Below the pieces are notes generated by a model, which was not told the origin of the DNA, did not search any database, and was given only the letters and a program-made list of their open reading frames with translations. This document shows positions 58,170-64,000 of a stretch of DNA of 64,000 nucleotides, one piece after another. The translations under genes and the position numbers were made by a program. How positions within the stretch are numbered: position 1 is the stretch's first letter; each line of letters opens with the position of its first letter. Source of the stretch: Marsupella aquatica (taxonomy: Eukaryota > Plantae > Marchantiophyta); assembly GCA_973895155.1 (NCBI GenBank), contig OZ316896.1, forward strand, positions 7,759,278 through 7,823,277, written 5' to 3'.

Positions 58170-61100
58170 TTATTCATGAATGCCCTGCAGTAGTGATTTC
58201 ATACTCCTCATTCCAATACCATATGTATGTTCCCTGTGTAGGGATGGTGGTAGTGGTTTCGTGAATAAATCTGCTCGATTTTCCTTGCTAGGAATCCACT
58301 GCACATTTACCTGTTCGCCATGCTGCTCATGTGTATAGAAGAACTTGGGTGCTATATGTTTAATTCGATCCCCTTTGATAAATCCCTGCACTATCTGATC
58401 GACACAGGGTCGATTGTCTTTGTATATAATAGTAGGTTTATCAAATCGGGGTCTGCCTGTGTTTTTCTGAATATGATCTATCAAATGTCTTAACCAAATG
58501 CATTCCCTAGTGGCTTCGTATAGGGCAATGATCTCCGAATGATTAGAAGAAGTAGCTGTCAGTGTCTGTTTGCAGCTTCTCCATGAGATAGCAGTACCTC
58601 CTTGAAGAAAAACATATCCTGTCTGGGATTTTGCGTCGTCAGGGTCGGAAAGGTACCCTGCGTCCGCATATCCCACTAATAGATTTTCTGACTGCTTGGG
58701 AAAGAATAGTCCCAGGTCTGTGGTTCCTCGCAGGTAACGGAACACTCGCTTTACTCCATTCCAGTGACGGATAGTTGGTTTTGCACTATGGCGTGCAAGG
58801 AGATTCACTGCGAAAGTTATGTCAGGACGGGACTGGGTAGCCAGGTACATTAGAGCACCTATCGCAGAGAGGTAAGGTTTTTCTGGGCCAAGAATTGCTT
58901 CCGGTGCAGTCCATTTCTTGAATGTATCTTTTGCAGGATCTGAGGATCTTAAATCCATTGGAGTGCTTACAGGGTAAGCAGCAACCATGTTAAACTGTTT
59001 TAATACCTTCTCAGTGTAGGTCGATTGATTAACTAGTATGCCATTATGCAGGTGATTAAATTGTAAGCCCAAGCAATAGGTGGGCTTACCTATATCCCGC
59101 ATCTCGAATGTCTTCTTCAGGATTTCTATTGTTTCCGCTGTGATTTTTGTTGTGCCGAAAATATTGATGTCGTCCACATAAATTGCGATAATGACAAATT
59201 CATTTCCTTCCTGTTTGATAAAGAGGCACGGAGCAATATCATCAGTAATAAAATTCAATGTAATCATTTCAGCTTTGAATCGTTTATACCAGGTCCGCCC
59301 ACTCTGTTTTAAACCATATAGAGAACGAAGTACCTGAACTGCAAGTTCTCTTTTAACTTTCTTTGTTGGTATAATAGGGGTAACCTGTGAGGAAGACATT
59401 CGTTTCCTCTGAGCAGATGTGTGCAGTACATCTTGCTTAGTCGGGACTAAAGGTCCGATTTCAGTCGTCACTGAATTCAAATTGCCTGTAGGACAAGTTT
59501 GATGTACTCCAGGTTGTAGACCTGGGTTTATTTTACCGGTTTTCTCCCCCTCAATGTGAAACGTCAATCGCTTGATGAGTTCCGGGGGTGCCTTCATATA
59601 AATCTTGGTATCAAGGATACCATATAGATAGGCAGTAATCACATCTAAAATATGCATAACTAGTTTGTTCATAAGAGCATATGCGATTAGATATCTATAT
59701 GTGATTGAATCCATTACAGGAGAGTATGTTTGATCAAAGTCTCGGCCGGGGATCTGGGTATAGCCCTTCGCGACCAAGCGCGCTTTATGTCTGATCACTT
59801 CTCCTTTTGCATTTCGTTTTCTGACGAAAATGAATCTGTAACCTGTAAGATGAAGTCCTGCAGGTGCAGTAATAATGGGTCCAAAAACTTTTCGTTTTAT
59901 TAGTGAGTCTAGTTCTGAATTTATAGCTAACTCCCATTGTGGCCAGTCTGGGCGAGTTCGGGCCTTAGCAATCGTTAGGGGATCAGGAATAGTGTTTTTA
60001 ATGTCCTCAGAAATCTTGAATGCAAAGATATCATCAACCTGTGTCTTATCACGCTGCAGTATCTGCCCGGTATGTACATAATTAATTGTAATCTCATCAT
60101 TATCGGCTGTGCCTTGTGAAGATGGTACTGTAGTAGGTATATTTCTGGGAGATAGCATGGGTGTACGTGGCTGTCTAGGGTGAGAATCCTTGGATCCCAG
60201 TGGGCGACCTCTTTTTGCCCTGGGTGCAGTCTCAGTTGCAGATGTAGTCTGTCAAGAAATTCGAGCTGGTACATTTGCTGCCTCTACATGTGAGCGAGTT
60301 ACCTTGGCTGCATCGTTAAAAGCATCTGGAAGTTTCATAAGCATTTGTTGTAAATGGAGAACACGTTGTACTCCTTCATCTGCTTCTTTAGTGCGGTGGT
60401 CGTCTGCAAGCAGGCGGGTAGACAACCATTGTAAGTCTTTTACTTTTACCTTTCCGTTGCTTGTTGGGTCTTCTGTCAGAGTTGGAAATTCATCTTCAAA
60501 GAAATTGCAATCTTGGAACCGTGCTTTGAAAACATCTGCTGTTGAGGGTTCCAAGTATCTTATAATAGAGTGTGAGTCAAATCCCACATAGATGCCTCGT
60601 TGCCTCTGGGGTCCCATTGTAGTTCACTTGGGACCTAAAATAGGGACAAGAACCAGGCATCCAAAAATTCGTAGGTGTGTGATGTCTAGTGGTAACCCGT
60701 ATGCCAAGAAGTGGGGGGTCTGAGAATTAAATGATGATGGTCTCAGTCGAATGAGGGCAGCTGCATGCAGAACCGCATGACCCCAAGCTGATGCTGGTAA
60801 GTTTGACTGCATCAGTAGGGGTCTAGCCACCAGTTGTATTCTTTTGATTATAGATTCTGCAATACCATTCTGAAAATGCACATGTGGAACAGGGTATTCA
60901 GTATCAATGCCTGCTGTTTCACAGAAGGTATCGAAGGTTTTTGAGGTAAATTCCCCCGCGTTATCAACTCTGATTGCTTTAATTGGATTCTCTGGGAACT
61001 GATGTTTTAATTTCAAAATGTGTGATAATATCCTCGGGAAGACTAGATTTCGAGTAGATAGCAGAGAGACTTGTGACCACTTGGTGGAGGCATCAATGAT

Positions 61101-62858
61101 AACCAGGAAGTACCTGAATGGGCCAGAAGGTGGGTCTATTGGGCCACAGACATCTGCTTGGATCCTCTCCAAGAATTGTGGGATCTTATGTATTGTCTTT
61201 GATGGTGCTGGACGAGTTATCATTTTTCCTTGTGAACATGCAATGCATGGTTTGCTGGTGGCTTAAGGGTGAACACCTTGAGGTATGCCCACGGTAGCCT
61301 TTAGGATATTATGATACATAGTTGTACCAGGATGTCCAAGGCGATTATGCCATATCTGTGTTAAGGTAAGTGGAGTACTTGCAGCATAATAAGAATAGAT
61401 CCGAGTGATGTATAGTCCGGGGGGGTATAAAGGTAGTATTTCTCGGACTAATCTCCCTGATTTGGTATTCTCCAGGATATGTAAGACTTCTCGGTTTCCA
61501 CAAGTATCTGTGTGAATATGAAGTCTATTGGCGCGTATGTCACTGAAACTTATAAGGTTTCGAGTGGCCCGTGGAGCATAAATTGCAGATTCTATGTGGA
61601 GGACTGTGCCCTTGGGTAATCTTACTTGTGCTGGACCAAAACCTTCCTCTATATGATTAGGACCAGTGATTGTTGTCATGGATCTGTGGGATGGAGTGAT
61701 ATTTAGGAAGTAATCTTTTTGGCGTAATATGGAATGAGATGTACCGCTATCAACGATACAATTGTGATTATCGTCCAGCATTGAGGGATTATCTCCTAAT
61801 TTGGCAGTATGGACTTTGGGGGCTGTTGAGTCTGGTGCATATCCCTCAATGTTATCTATGATTTCCATGTAGTTACCGTGGGCTTCATTATTGGGTAATT
61901 CCATGCGTTGCTTGTAGAGTTTAACTAGGTGGGCAGGAGTTCGGCAATTTTTCTGTAAGTGTCCTCTTGTGCCACACCTAAAACATTCAATAGGATTCTC
62001 GGGTTCTCTTGCCCACTTATTGTATCCTCTTCCACGGCCTCCTCCACGGCCTCTGCCTCTATATGCAGTTCCTCGTCCTCGTTGTCCTCCTCGTCCTTGA
62101 TTAAAGTTTCCGAATGCTTGGTTTTCTCTCTGGAATTGGCCATAACCTCTGCCCCTCTCTTGGTTTCTGCCTCGGTTATATGTTCTTTGTCCCCTCCCCC
62201 TGAAATTTCCTCTACCTCGTCCTCTAATTCTGTCATTCTGTCTATTGAAATTAATTTCAGGTTTAGGTGGGGGTGCAGATGTCCCAGGTGGGCGAGATTT
62301 GGCATTTTCCAGGAGGAGTAATTGATGCTTCTCAGCAAGAAGCATATGAGCTATCAGCTCTGAATATTTCGTAAATCCCATGTTTCTGTATTGAGATGCA
62401 AGGATGAGGTTTCCTGCACTGAAAGTGGATAGAGTTCTTTCAATCTGTTCGGCATCATTGACTGGGTGGCCACATATGGATAGTTGAGAGGTGATCCGGA
62501 AAAGTTCTCCATTATAATTGGATATAGAAGTGTGGTCCTGCACACGCAAATTGATCCAATCATGACGTGCGGCCGGCAGGGAGACCAGGCGCATGTGATC
62601 AAACCTTGATTTTAGATCTTCCCAGAGAATTCTGGGGTTGAATTGATTCAGGTATTGAATCTTGAGTGGTTCGGCAAGGTGATGTCGTATGAAGATTAAT
62701 ACTCTCGCCTTCTGCGGTACTGTTAGGCCTGCATCTGTGTAAAGAGCTTCCTGTAGGTCTTTTGATGAAAGATATGCTTCGATATCAAGTGACCAGGATA
62801 AATAATTGGCACCATCAGTAGTTAGAGCCTTAAATTGAAGCTTCTCAATAGAATTCAT
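58170..62858 (-). pseudogene. Copia gag-pol single frame with three premature stops
   Basis: Four ORFs in one frame: DGANYLSW gag; CFRCGTRGHLQKNC; IVDSGTSHSI; WHNRLGHP; DVCGP..VDNAGEF..QNGIAE; SLYGLKQSGR; YVDD; GYADAGY..ADLFTK. Stops at 61263, 60624 and 60252. Confidence 0.93.
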
Positions 62859-63172
62859 TGTAATAGGAGTTATGGTAATTTGATCTCAAATTGAGTTATA
62901 TCCAGGAATTTGTGAATTATGTTCTGCCTGGATTCTGTAAATCAGTTATGGCCTTGATGTCTAAGAAATTCAGATGGAAAGAAATTGTTGAGAAAAAGAA
63001 CTCCCTCGCATTGACCAAAGATGCTTGTGCTCCTGATCCTTGAAATTGTCGTTGTAAATCGAATCATATGCAAAAGGTCTTAATTCAATCAACAGTTCAA
63101 AATGTGCACATAGATTCACTGAATCGATTTGCTAAGAAAAATTAAATCAAAGGTTGTGCTCCAAATGTAGAG

Positions 63173-63186
63173 TCGTGCTGATAACG
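63173..63186 (-). other. Primer binding site (Bianca type)
   Basis: CGTTATCAGCACGA immediately inside the 5' LTR. Confidence 0.8.
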
Positions 63187-63354
63187 TATTATGCATCAAC
63201 CATGGACACACATACACCAGCAAGCTCACTTCCTTCATTACTTTGTGGGAGAGTAAACTTCTCCCTATGTAGTACATGGTATATCGGCAGTTATGTAACC
63301 TCCGTTTCCCTACATTCTAGGGTAAGTAGGGTTAGGGTTTTAGCCCTTATAACA
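63187..63354 (-). repeat. 5' LTR of copia
   Basis: TGTTATAAGG...GCATAATA on the minus strand. Confidence 0.95.
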
Positions 63355-63570
63355 AGGTAGTAATTTTATCAAAAGTAAGTTGAGATCATTTTGTAATTAG
63401 GAGATGGTGAAAAAAGTGTCATTTTAATACTTTCAGTTTGTTTTATAATTTTGTCAAAAAACAGGTAGTATTTTTGGCCACTTTTTTGCCATTTTCTTTG
63501 TTTCTGCAATTTTTTTACGAGAGTGCTTAGAGTTAATTTGGGCTTGTTACTCACCCTTTAAGGCTTCTTG

Positions 63571-64000
63571 TTTAATAAGACATCCAGTAGCCAAAAGCCA
63601 GCTCGGGATCACCTCCACAGCAAGGGGAATAACAACTGACTTGTTTAAGTTCAATTTAGCACCTGTGGCATCTTCGTAGCAAGTGAGAGCACTCCTGGCT
63701 TGCTCAAAGGCGGCCGCTGAGGCCGGGATGAACAACCCTAAGTCATCTGCAAAAAGTCTAAAACATATGTGTAGAGAGCTGGAAATCTGCAAACCCTGTA
63801 ATCTACCAGCATTAATCTCCGATGTAAGAAAATCCATCAAGGGCTGAGTAGATATGACAAAGAGAAGAGGTGAGAGAGGGCAGCCTTGTCTCACACCCCT
63901 GGACATCTTCACATCCTCAGTCCAGATGCCATTGACGAGAGCCTTAGAGCAGGCATTGTTGATCAGAGACTTTACTAGAAAAATAAAATGTGAGCCAAGG
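63571..64000 (-). pseudogene. L1-type LINE ORF2 RT domain, continuing beyond the window
   Basis: RGVRQGCPLSPLLF, RLFADD and GAKLNLNKS; contiguous with 52118-53557 once the TIR element is removed. Confidence 0.92.

Larger units (their letters stand above)
56679..63354 (-). mobile_element. Ty1/copia LTR retrotransposon, Bianca-like
   Basis: Identical 168-bp LTRs; AGGTA TSD at 56674-56678 and 63355-63359; PBS CGTTATCAGCACGA; PPT; gag-PR-IN-RT-RH order. Confidence 0.95.
53558..63570. mobile_element. Non-autonomous TIR transposon (~3.3 kb without the nested copia), 31-bp imperfect TIR, 8-bp TSD
   Basis: Left end CATGGAGCCTTAAGGGATGAGTCCAAGGCCC versus right-end reverse complement CAAGAAGCCTTAAAGGGTGAGTAACAAGCCC. 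Flanks ACTAATAA and TTTAATAA. Removal restores the LINE frame GCLISERGVVQKYLG. Confidence 0.7.

Noticed and set aside
53567-63561. Kolobok/piggyBac-type element with TTAA TSD
   Set aside because: The inverted repeat extends 9 bp beyond TTAA on both sides. The 8-bp TSD model restores a typical LINE sequence without 10 extra residues.

Overview
Eukaryotic, transposon-saturated DNA. The element families suggest a non-seed land plant (inference). I can find no intact host gene. The window is a set of nested elements, many with readable termini and target-site duplications (TSDs). (1) A Ty3/gypsy element at 2183-11507 has a MITE in its 3' LTR. (2) A long inverted-repeat pair at 12457-14905 encloses a SNF2 helicase fragment. 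(3) A decayed multi-gene Mutator-like element (about 15600-40016, plus a second fragment at 1-1900) encodes a ParB/Srx-like DGNHR protein and carries ten copies of a 15-bp palindrome, TAGCGC-N3-GCGCTA. (4) A 3.85-kb protein-coding solo LTR (22235-39778) is interrupted by a young, RT-deleted Ty3/gypsy element (22680-36365) whose 4.6-kb LTRs each hold an intact ~1200-codon ORF homologous to the solo-LTR ORF. (5) An L1-type LINE is split by a CACTA transposon carrying an intact SET-domain ORF, and by a TIR element with an 8-bp TSD that itself hosts a Bianca-type Ty1/copia element. The strongest candidates for new biology are the LTR-encoded large proteins, the ParB-like protein with its palindrome array, and the CACTA-borne SET domain. 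All domain calls come from motif recognition by eye; no database searches were run.
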